DNA from: Lama glama
Taxonomy: Eukaryota
DNA length: 64,000 bases
Direction of reading: 5' to 3'
NCBI GenBank assembly: GCA_028534125.1
Contig: CM052818.1
Location: 19,780,001-19,844,000, forward strand
Positions 26,636 through 36,959 of this stretch are shown here, piece after piece; position 1 is the first letter of the stretch, and each line of letters begins with the position of its first letter. The notes below the pieces were generated by a model. That model saw nothing but the letters and a program-made list of their open reading frames with translations. It had not been told where the DNA came from and searched no databases. A program made the translations under genes and the position numbers.

Positions 26636-29127
26636 AGTTAAAAAGTAGTAACCCCTCTTAAAATTATTTTCATCATTTTTGTTTTCAGAACCATGCCCCA
26701 TAACCTTCAACATGTTCTTCCTTGGACTTTGTGGCCAAGTAGTAACTACAATAAATGCCTTCAAGGAAGTTATCTTCATGACTTCTGGATCCCCTTCCTG
26801 GGTCACAACTCAGCCTATAAATATAATTTGGAATATCTCCTCCTAAATGCACTATCTTGTTCCCTGCCACACAAAAACTCATCAAAGGATGTTCCTGTAG
26901 CTTCTCCTTTTTGGCTTGGCTTTTAACTGCCTGGAACAGCACACAGAGTCAGCTGCAAAGCTGGCAACTTTCAATGCCAGTGTTTCTTTAAATCATTTAT
27001 AAAAATGTTAAATAAAATTAGTCTCAGCACTGATCACCCGAAGGGTAATAAAGATGTTCTGCTGTCTCATGTTAATAACCAAAGACCTAATAATTAGATA
27101 AATCAGCTCCCCTTTGGCTACATGCATATTTTAACCCTTAAGAAAGTGCTTGGACTTCTCCCAGCAGATTATATTTAATCTTTATTAAGTTTATTTTTTC
27201 GCTTTACAGTATACTTCAGTTTCCCTGCTACAAAGACACACTAATCTTTAGAACTCAGATCTATGCTAGAGCTAAACACCTACCAAATCCTGGTTTTCCT
27301 CAACATTCTTCTCTATCCAACTTCCAGTTCTTTACTCTCTTCCTCTGACTATCAACCACATACGCAGGCTTGAAGTTCAGTTCCCAAATCACTTTCATTC
27401 CATCTTTCTATCTCTCACATTCCGTTTTAAGTGGGTGTGGGTGTGTGGATGTGATGTGTAGGTATGTGGGTGTGTGTATATGTACATATACACACATAAA
27501 ATTTAAATAAGCTTCTGTCCTTTTCAACTGCTTGAAATACAGTATATGAATACTTGATTACCACCTCTAACTAAAGAATCTTGCTTAGAATAGAAAGACT
27601 GGATATGATTCCTGTACAGTAGTCTTCAAATAAAATAAGGAAGTTATAATTTGAAGACAATCCCAGAGCAGAGAAGCCCATTTCAAAAATAATTGTTTCA
27701 AAATTATCTTCATCACTGTTTTCTCTTACTAGCTTTGATAAAGACTACTGCATGACATCTCATCAAAGGAAAGGTAAATTTAGTTTTGGTGTTAAAGAGC
27801 ATACAAGTAAAATGCCTATGGACAATTAGAGAACCTGTGGAAATATATTCTCACTCTACTGTATTTGGCAACACCGTCATTATGATCTCCCTCAAGTCAT
27901 TCCTCAGAATTTTTCACCTGCGTGTAGAGTAAAGGCAAGCAACTAATCATTCTCATTTAAACTATTCAGGTGTAAATTTACCCAACACTAACATGAATCA
28001 ACCCAATTTGACCCTTCAAGATTACTTCTGCTCTAACCAGATTCAAAAGCCCCTTTCCCCCTTTAAAAGTAGGATAGTTGACTAACTCTGATGAGAAGTT
28101 TATTAAGTTGGGCAAGGCAAATGAGTCATATTTTCCCTCTGTCATTCTGTAACATCCACAATGAAGCTAAGATTTGCCTGGTCTGTATCTACTCCATCCA
28201 TGTACCCATGAATTTTAAATATGAATAACAGGCGATTTGCAATGCCATAATCATTTTTAAATACATAAAGAAAATTCAACTTAATGAAAAATTGAGCAAT
28301 GGCTGTTTTTATTTTTCATCATAGCATGGTATTTCTGATATCTTCTGGAACCATATTTAGCTAAACATTTAATTCACATAATTAGATTACATAACAGATC
28401 TGAAGATCTGCATGTCTAAGTTCTACAAAATTCCTAAAAGCATGTCATGAATCCAAAAGTGGCCAATAAATTGTAATAGTTCCATAATCTTTATCATAAT
28501 AATTAGCCAGAAGAAGATTAGGAGCTGGTCACTCTCAAACATTAAAATTCTGTATCAAGGAAAGAAAAATATGACCTTGGAAACTTTTGATGGTTCCATG
28601 TAACTCTCTTAGCCCTGCTGGCTAGCATTATTTCAGAATAAAGGGATTACCCATGCATGTATTTATCATCTGAAGTACCACCAACAGAATGCCCATCTGA
28701 GATCTAAAACAAAATAGCAAAAATCGACCACTAGCATAATAAAAGTGCTTCTGAACTAAAACTTGTTTCTGATTTTAATCTCTAACTGTAAATGGGCTCA
28801 ATTAAATGAAACTCTAAGAATAAAGGCAATTTAAAAATATTATGTGATATCCGTTGAAAAATAATTTAAATTAATGTTTAAAAAGAGGTATAAAAATGTA
28901 AGCTCATGTGTGACAGCTATTAAGTAGCTTCATGGAGGTACAGGTGGCAAAGATTTTGTGAGAAGGAAAGATCACAACGATGCAGGAGAATCAAAGTTAA
29001 GGGGACTATAAACGGTAGACAAGATGCTATTAAAAAAAAAAACAACAAAAGGTGAAGAATCTGATAAGGAAGAACTCCAGAATATCCAGAAGACATCCAC
29101 CATCGTCACCATAAAAAACATTTGCTA

Positions 29128-29148
29128 ACACACACACACACACACACA
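29128..29148 (+). repeat. (AC)n microsatellite
   Basis: About 10 AC units. Confidence 0.9.
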
Positions 29149-29749
29149 TTTGCTAAACCACATGTTCATGACACTAATTAGACCTGGGCTATAGTAAATC
29201 AAAAAGGATGAAATGTTACAAAATTGGAGTTACACAAATTTTATCAGGAAAACCTAACAGTTTAATGAATGAAGTCAGAAAAATATTCACTTAATAGAAA
29301 ACAAGGTTCAATGATTTTTCTCACGGTTCCATTGGCAGAAGTGGGTTACAGTTAATAATACACCTTATAAAGTCCTGGTTTCCTCATCTAAGCTTAACCT
29401 GCAGGCCTCAAGAACTCACTGTATTTCCAGCAGAATATCTACAAATCAATCATTAAAAATTTAATTCTAGAATATGAAACTGCAACAAAGGTCTCCCAAT
29501 GACATTAGGAAAATCAGCCACATTCACCCTCGTCTGATATGCACACCTAATTCAAAGTCCAAGGTGAGCAGAAGAAGGACCGAAAAAATAAATACTAAGG
29601 GCATCATTTGCACTAAGTCCCCCTAGGGCAGACTCGTATTTGATCATGTATTTATCTAGGAATTTTCTGTAGCCACAAAGTGACTTCGTTAACAACAAGG
29701 AAATAAATGAGCATAAAAGTGCCTCTATATACCTAATGAACCTTGAGAA

Positions 29750-29900
29750 TAATGCCTAATATTTTTGCACCCATATTCTGTGCTAAAGAAACACTTTTAA
29801 TACTCACTAATACCCTATAAGGTGGGTACTTTTATTGATCTCACTTTACAGATGAGAAAACCTAGGTACATAACGGTTAAATCACTTGCCAGGGATCATA
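29750..29900 (-). mobile_element. MIR SINE
   Basis: taaccctat-like...aaggtgggtact...ttacagatgagaaaacctagg...ggttaaatcacttgcca. Confidence 0.8.
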
Positions 29901-30399
29901 ATTCTATTATACAAACCAGTCTCTCTTTTACAGCTACAATCAAAATCATGTTTTTAAAATTGTCATGTAATTCTACTACAGCTCTTTTTAAAGGTACTAA
30001 AATCCATTTTAACATAACAAAACCCCCACACTTACTTAAAATAATTTCATATAATCTACTTTGAAAATATGAGAGCCTTTTGAATTTTGAGAATTTTTAA
30101 GCAATTAACTTTTAGCATGAAAGTTATGGTACACTAGCCTACTCTAAGAAGTTCATGTTGTATTTCATCTAGATGACGGTTTGTCTCTTTCCAATGAAAG
30201 GGAAATATCAGCACTTCTGCTAACAATACAGCATATTGTTTCAAACTTTTCAATAAAGACTCATCTAGTTTTATCTTATTTCACATATAAAAGTAGTCAA
30301 TTATTCAAACTTCCCCATCCTTAGAAAGGAACAACATCACAGATAATCCAAAAATCATTTACAGCTGGCACTAGAATGCTTTAGAAATAAACAATGTGA

Positions 30400-30530
30400 A
30401 TGTGATAAAGTAGAAAAACCCTGGCCAAGAGTCCAGAGACCTGCCCACCAATCCTGGCTGAGTGACTAACTAGAATTTTGGTTCCTTCCACTGGTCTGGA
30501 CCTCAGTCTCCTGATCTGTAAAATCATCAT
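30400..30530 (+). mobile_element. MIR SINE fragment
   Basis: gagtccagagacctg...cctggct...actaactag...ctggacctcagtctcctgatctgtaaaat. Confidence 0.65.
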
Positions 30531-32542
30531 CTCTATGGCCTACTCGTCTGGCTCTAAAAGAAATGTGACTCATACACATACATCTTTTTTCCAAGCTTCC
30601 CATCCTCATTCTGCTTAGTTCTTACCAATACTCTGCAGGTATTGAGAATTATTTTTCCTTAGTTCTACAATAGGAGAAAACAGCCCATTCTAAACAAAGG
30701 TGATAGGGGAAGGCCTTCCAGACCACTGGTTTGCCATGGATTACTTTCAAGGTGAATAATGTAGAAGCTATTATAATGTTAAAAGGTGTTGGGTTTCAAT
30801 ATTTTAGGCTACTGTTTTGTGTGCCAGTACATTCTCCCTGAGGACGAATAGTAAAATTCAAGGACAATGGGGAGAAAAAAAATGTAATTATCCGTTATTT
30901 ATTCAAGAACTAAGAAGGTGCCAACTGAAAAGACTAACACCTTTCTGCAGAAATGTTTTCTCTGACTGCTGAATTACATTTTACATTAAAGGGGAAATAT
31001 GATCTACAAGACTTTCTCAAATATGTTTAAATACCCCCTAAAAAAGAAAAAGCTTTTGTTTTGTAAATTGTGAGGAATTAGTAAGATAACATACATGATT
31101 AAGAAAACATTAAAAAGATTAAAGATCTAGCTGTTCAAATTTTAGCTTCCTCTTCTCAGTGATATGAAGAACCTCAGTGGGCAGCCACAGAGGTGGATTC
31201 TGTGGACTGCCACTGCTTAACCCTGGTATGCATTTTTTGTGTTCTTAACCTATTCTCAAGAGTGTTATGAAAATACAAGATTATTAAAATTAAACTAAGG
31301 ATCTGACATTGATTCCCAGTTGTTAGACAACTCAACCTGATTTTCCTATGCTTTCTAGAGCTCCTAGCTTACCAGCATTTTCCCAGTTCAACACTTAAAG
31401 GTAAAATATTTTAAACTTATTCAGAATTTCTGGTTCAATTTTGCATGACCTTGTAAAGAAACAATTAAAAGCAAGGGAAAGTATGGGAATTACTTACTAA
31501 TCTTGTAGAATAAAAGTCAGTAGCAAACTCTAATAGTACAGTCCAGTCTAAACGCTAAATTGGGAGAAGTAAGCCACTGCTATGGATGGAGAGACCCAAA
31601 GAAAGGCTCTTCAGGAGATGGAGAAGCTGCTACAAGAATTTCAAGGTGCAGTCTGAAAATTTCCAGCAAAACTAGTAACTGGTAAAACACCATTGAACAC
31701 ACACATACATTTTAAAATAAAAGATAACTGCTAAGGTCCACCTTTTGGTTGGAATGCCAAAAAAAAAAGTCAAAAATCACCTCGTGACCCCAATCCCCCA
31801 GCCTCTCAAAGTACAGAAGCAAGCCAAGACGTGTACTTAAACTGTTTCTGAGCATCCTTTTTTAAAGGCAACTCCCTCTCCAGAAAGTCACTACGCTTCA
31901 CCTACTTGAATGCCCAAAACCTAGCACCGAAGAATCTTAGGACGCCAAGTAGTTGCAGAGGGGTTTTACAGAGCCGACCTGCGCATCCTTTTCCATCTCG
32001 AATTAAACTCCGGAGGTGCTCCTGTCACTTCCCCATCCAAGCTCTCCAGTTCTTTCTCTCATCTCTCTATGGACCTCTCTTCTCATCGACCTTGAGGGCC
32101 CTGGATCGCAGTATTAGAGCCCGAAGTGACTTGGCCGGTGCCCCCTTTCCTGCAGCGCGCGCAAACGCCCCACAATCTCCAGTGGCCTCCCTCCGATCCA
32201 CCACGACCCAGATCATGAACGACCTCCTGCTAGCCCGGGGCGACCCCCTTCCCCTTAGGTGCCCCACGTTCCTCCAACAAGAAAAGCAATTTCATGAAAT
32301 GCATCGAGAGCCCACTAAGCGCAAGCACCCACTATACGCCGCACGGTCTGCACGGTGCTAGCGGCCCGGGCTCGCCACCCCCGCCCGCCGACCTCTTCCC
32401 GGCCAGAGGACCGGAGCTGCCTCCGCCCGGGCGGAGGCGGACTGTGCCGGGGGCAAGCACCGGGGTCCGGAGAGGAGGCAGCTACCGGTGGCGCGGGGAC
32501 CCGGGAGCGCGCACTGGCCGAGCCGGCCGCGGGGACACTCAC

Positions 32543-32720
32543 CAGTCGGGGCGCGCGGGGCGGCCTCATCCAGGGGCACCTGCGGCCAGGCAGGACGGGC
32601 CCGGACGGCGCAGTCACCGAGAGGGCGAGTCCGCCCGCCTGCCTGCCGGCCCCGTCCTGTTCCCTCGACTGCCCGAGCGAGCGCAGTCTCGCTTCCTCCG
32701 GACGGAGTCCGGGGACCCTC
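32543..32720 (-). other. SOCS5: Alternative first exon 1b (5' UTR); 5' boundary approximate
   Basis: Minus-strand donor CCCGACTG|GTGAGT with the last exonic base at 32543, inside the CpG island. Confidence 0.7.
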
Positions 32721-32885
32721 AGCTCCGCCGGATGCCCCCGCCAGGCCCCCACCCCCTTCCCCGGCCGCCTCCCCCTCTTCACCCTTTTCCCCTCCCCCCT
32801 CCCCCCAACCCCCACCGGAATGGAAAATACCTCCCGGGGCGGGGGGCGGTGGGGGCACGCCTCTCTGAAGGGCAGCTTACCGTGA

Positions 32886-32932
32886 CCAATAGCAGGCGGG
32901 ACCCTGGAGGGGCGGGATTCCTAGCGGCCAAT
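32886..32932. promoter_or_regulatory. CCAAT - GC box - CCAAT module (NF-Y/Sp-type)
   Basis: CCAAT at 32886-32890 and 32928-32932 with GGGGCGGGA at 32909-32917 between them. Confidence 0.55.
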
Positions 32933-33037
32933 CCGGAGGCGTGTAGGTGAAGGCCGAAGGAGGGAGGCTGGGAGCGAGAGGGGGGCGGCCCGGGAGTCAG
33001 GGAGGTCCGGCCGCTCGGCTGCGCGCTTTGCGCGGCT

Positions 33038-33046
33038 GCCATTTTG
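33038..33046 (-). promoter_or_regulatory. YY1-type motif overlapping an ATG
   Basis: Plus-strand GCCATTTTG reads CAAAATGGC on the minus strand, the YY1 core typically found just downstream of CpG-island TSSs. Confidence 0.6.
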
Positions 33047-33119
33047 GAGTCGGGCAGCTGCGACGGCGGCCGGGTCCGGCCCGGGGGAAAGGGAGGAGCC
33101 AGTCAGGTGGTAGAGAGGT

Positions 33120-33214
33120 GGTCACGTGGGCTTTAGGGGCGGGGTGAAGCGGGCTGCGGCCCGAGGGGAGGGGTCGGCGGTGGCGAGTCACGGGGACTGA
33201 GGAGGGTCACGTGG
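33120..33214. promoter_or_regulatory. Two GGTCACGTGG E-boxes (USF/MiT-TFE/MYC-type) and a GC box
   Basis: CACGTG at 33123-33128 and 33208-33213, both in GGTCACGTGG context. GGGGCGGGG at 33136-33144. Confidence 0.6.
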
Positions 33215-33789
33215 TTGGAGAAGAGCCATCGGTGGGCTTGGGGGCGGGAGGTCAACCTCGAGGTAGGAGAAAGAGGAAAGCTTTGTCCCTGGTTTCAACT
33301 CCGTTAGAGAAAAGGAAAGGAAAAATGATGAATGGAGGGCGTGAGTGGCGGGTCGGAAAATGTGAATCAGCCTCACTGTTAACTAAATTCCAAGATCCAC
33401 CGGAACCTGGGCACTTCGTTTAGTTCAAGTATTCCCATCCCCACTCTCACAAACGTGACTCACATGTGGGTCGGTTGGAGAGGTGTTTGTTTTCCACTTT
33501 TTGCCTGCACTTTATATGGAAGGGCCCCCGCCCTAGATATGGCTGAAAGGGTAAAAGCGTAGTTTAGGCACTGTGACGCCGCCAGGACAGGCCATCTGGC
33601 CTTTTAGAAGCCTTGCCGTCATTCACAAACTTACCGACCACTTCTGTGTTAGACATGCCCATGATCGTATTCCAACGCCCCCAAACTTGAAACAGCAGAC
33701 AAACCACACCAAAACAAAACCTTGACTATGAGGTCCTGTTCAGCTCCCATCCTTATTTCAATTCATGCTTCGAGTACAGGCTAAATTAT

Positions 33790-34530
33790 ACTCCTTACTA
33801 GTCTACTGAAAATGCTCCTCTTAAGGCCCCAGTGACATCCATATGATCAAGCTCAAAGGTCACTTTTTAGTTCTTACATAATCTCTTTTGCGGTAAGTAG
33901 ATTCTATGGACTACATCCTTCTTGAAGCTTTTTCTCTCCCCTAACACACGCCTCACCCCAGTTTCCCTGAAACCATAAACCTCACGTTGTTTTTCTCTCC
34001 AGTTAACTTTTCTAAATCTGTTCTCTATTGGCCGTTTAAAAGAGTCCCAGGATCTGATCCTCAGTCCTCTCCTCAATAGGTACTTAGTCATTCTACTGCC
34101 CACCAAACTCTGTACTCCTACCCTAACCAATACATCCTCAGGACACATTGGGGAATGATGTTTATAAACCTGGCAGGTCAAGGATAAAGGTGAAAAAGAT
34201 TTACACAACTATTTTGATGGCCAAGTGTACTTTTAATGAGGTCCCAGTCTGCATAAATAAGTGCTTTTAGACATCTCACACTTCCACCTAATTGTGACAT
34301 ATCCAAATGAGAACTCACATGCCCTAAGAAGTCCCCAAAACCTGCTCCTTCCCATCTGCTCTTTATCTTCTTTGATAATATCACCATCCATTCACTTAGC
34401 CAAAGCAGAACCTGCAAGTAATCCTCCGGGCTGTTCCTCCACTGCTGTAACACTTGCCTACTCCTTGGAAATTTGTCCTGCTGATTATATTTGCTAAATG
34501 CCCTTTCGTCGTAGTTTCTATAGCCACTAC
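33790..34530 (+). mobile_element. L2 fragment interrupted by a 98-bp inverted duplication
   Basis: L2 motifs (ctactgaaaatgctc...tccttcttgaa...tcctcagtcctctcctc) resume in the same orientation after ~34240 (agacatctc...acatatccaaa...aaacctgctcct...caccatccattca). Confidence 0.7.
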
Positions 34531-35952
34531 CTCACCTGGGCCATTTATTCATTAGCCCAGTATTTACTAAGCATTTTACAACAGGCCAGGCATTGTTTGA
34601 GGTGCTCAGGATTTAGTGGTGAACAAAACTGACAAGGTTCCCGAATAGGGTGAGACAAAGTGTATATGAGTAAAGTAGCAAATCAGTAAGCTAATTCAGT
34701 GGCTGATGTGTGCTATGAAGATCTCTTCCCACCAAAAAAGAGAAACTTGCCTCTGGCAGTTGCCCAGCTCTGCACCTCAGTCTCCACCAACCCCTTCCTG
34801 CCTACCTCCGCATGCCCACCCAATACCTTCTCATCCTTTCTTCTTACTCTGAAAGAGAAGATGGCCCTGATCCTTTCATCTGGAGTGATTTTATTTCCTT
34901 TCACCCGCTAGGACTTTCCTCTATCTTTATGTTACAGCTGCCTCAATACAGATTCCCCCAAGTAGAAGATAAGCTACTTTGAGGGCAGGGATCACATCTC
35001 GTACATCATGGCACCTCCATGGTGGCTTGGCTCAGAATAGGTGCTCATAAAATGAGTGTTAAAATGAACTGGTGAATCCCCTAACCCCTAAATCAGGCTG
35101 CCACAAAAGCATCTCCAGCCCAAATCAGAGTAGAAGGTCAGTGAGCTCATCTACTAGAGTGCAGTCACATTGATGCCTCATGGCAGGGGGGCAGGGTAAT
35201 AATGAATGAGATTACCTATGTTGGTCCCTTCCAGGTCTGGGATTCCTTGATGCTGTGCCCCATGCGGGGTAGTCGTTGCTTCCCAAACACTACTTTACTT
35301 GACAGTGCCAAGTACATGTGGGCAATTGAAAAGTACTCTTTGTTTTTGATGACGAGCTTCAAACCCAGAGCACTCTGGGTGAGTTGCCAGCAGAGGCTCC
35401 GCAGGAGAAGGATGCAGTTACCACTTCACCCTGTATTTCCAGGCCCTTGGGTATTGCGTCCCAACAGGGAACAAGATGTTGCCAGTTCCGTCATAGTCAT
35501 TGTAATTAAACCCGAGTTCTGGCAAAGGGCAGTGCGTAATTATGAGGTATTATTATGGTTTTTATCATTATTAGGCACCCAGCTGCCCAGCCCAGGAAAC
35601 CACAGTAGTAAAACACCAAGAAGCCAAGCTCCTCTCCCAGCTGGCATGAATCAATACCAGGTGTATTGGCACACGGTCCCACAGCTCCACTTATCAAGAT
35701 GAAACCTTCTGTCCCTTCTTTTTGGCAAGATAAAATTTTAAATGAATGAAAAGAGGGAATGTAATGAAAGACCTTTACCACCAACTCTAAATGGAGTTCC
35801 TTCTCCCCCACCCCTTCGCGTTCCCAGAACAATCTCTTCTCTTCTACATATTTATTGTGTAAATCTTTTTCAGCTTTATCCTTGACCTGCCAGGTTTATA
35901 AACATCATTCCCCAATGTGTCCTGAGGATGTATTAGTTAGGGTGGGAGTACA
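34111..35952. repeat. Dispersed inverted repeat: 98-bp arms at 34111-34208 and 35855-35952
   Basis: Manual alignment gives 95/98 identity with no gaps; spacer 1646 bp. Confidence 0.95.
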
Positions 35953-36039
35953 CAGTGCAGGAAAGATTGCTTTTACTTTCAAGAAACTTATAATACAAAC
36001 TAAATAATTCAGAAAGCACTGTCAGGCTTAACAAGGCAT

Positions 36040-36180
36040 CTGCCTTTTATTGAGCACCTACTCAATGCCATACTTGGCATTTTCACGTGTGCTGACTGAC
36101 TTAATCCCCTCCACCCTGCAAGGTCGTTTTATTATCCTCATTTTCCTCAAGGTCTCAAAGACTTAGTGACCGAACTGAGC
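36040..36180 (-). mobile_element. MIR SINE
   Basis: tttattgagcacctac...tgcca...ttaatcc...caccctgcaagg...attatcctcatttt. Confidence 0.65.
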
Positions 36181-36789
36181 TTCCAACATAAATATACAAA
36201 CCCTGGTGATTGTATACCCATGGTAGGTGTGTCCACACTGGAAGATGAAGTTAGGTATCAGACTCCACCTCCTTCTATCAAATTAAAAATGGTTTTTGGG
36301 GGCAAAGTAGATTTTAAGCTGAGCCTTGTCAGGCAATTCAGAAGTGATGCTGAGGGAATGGAGCCAAACAAGGAGGCCAAATTGGCCACAAGCCTGAAAT
36401 CAATCAATAAGGAAAGATTTCTTGTTCAGCAATGAGTCATATATTCTTCAAGTACCTTTATTATCTCAGCTCTTCCAAATGCAGAAGTCAACCCAGGTGG
36501 TACAAGGGTAGGCTGAGGGTAGAGGATGGTGGTTTGGGGAGGGAATACGTTTTTGGATGGAGAACTCCCAAATGGCCCATAAACTGGCACCTTGAGTACT
36601 GGCTTCTGGAACAGCTGAAGCTATGGCAGCTGTCCCTGCAGCCTAGCAGTTGTTTTTAACTGATTTGTACAACAATTTCTCATTCTCTTCCTTTTTTCTA
36701 AAACAATTGATTAACAATTAAAAAAAACAATTTGTTTAGCACTATGTCATACAAGATAGTTGACTTCTAGTATTTTTAGTAGATTTTTT

Positions 36790-36930
36790 AAAAGGAATTT
36801 AAGATTCAATAAAATGCATTTAAAGTGTACAGTTTGATCTGTTTTGAGACATGTATACCCTTGTAACCACTATCATAATCGTGAAATAGAACACTTATAT
36901 CACCCCAAAAAATTTCCCTTGTGCCCTTTT
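36790..36930 (-). mobile_element. L1MB-type 3' end fragment
   Basis: ttaaagtgtacagtttgat...gttttga...atgtataccc-tgtaaccacta...atagaaca...tatcacccca. Confidence 0.7.
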
Positions 36931-36959
36931 TTGCAGTAGGAACTTTAATATGACATGTA

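Larger units (their letters stand above)
1..33070 (-). other. SOCS5: 5' part of a minus-strand gene, probably SOCS5: two alternative first exons plus the first ~32.5 kb of intron 1. The coding exon would lie beyond position 1.
   Basis: CpG island with two canonical minus-strand donors and no coding exon in the 32 kb downstream. The exon sequences (GGATTGGCCGCTAGGAATCCCGCCCC...CTATTGGTCACG and GCCCGTCCTGCCTGGCCGCAGGTGCCC...GGATGAGGCCGCCCCGCGCGCCCC) match my recollection of the two human SOCS5 5' UTR variants. The layout also fits. Symbol is from memory only; the TSS is approximate. Confidence 0.65.
32881..33070 (-). other. SOCS5: Alternative first exon 1a (5' UTR); 5' boundary approximate
   Basis: Minus-strand donor TTGGTCACG|GTAAGC with the last exonic base at 32881. 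A YY1-type CAAAATGGC lies near the presumed start. Confidence 0.7.
31900..33400. promoter_or_regulatory. CpG island / promoter
   Basis: Abrupt switch to very GC- and CpG-rich sequence in an otherwise AT-rich, CpG-depleted window. Contains GC boxes, CCAAT boxes, E-boxes and a YY1-type motif. Confidence 0.95.

Noticed and set aside
31906..33423. Many overlapping long ORFs (up to 218 aa) in the CpG island
   Set aside because: Pro/Gly/Arg/Ala-rich frames on both strands are expected where high GC depletes stop codons. There is no recognisable domain, and they run through the splice donors.
35202..35702. 166-aa plus-strand ORF between the inverted arms
   Set aside because: No recognisable domain or transposase motif and no supporting gene structure. 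Length is compatible with chance, though a BLASTP/PhyloCSF check would settle it.
35821..35829. STAT-type TTCCCAGAA motif and similar TTCN3GAA sites elsewhere
   Set aside because: Attractive for a SOCS gene, but a 6-base-specified motif is expected many times in 64 kb, and I saw no clustering.
34111..35952. 98-bp inverted arms as TIRs of a novel 1.8-kb DNA transposon
   Set aside because: There is no TSD and no transposase, and the L2 outside the left arm continues inside the spacer, so the spacer is native sequence.
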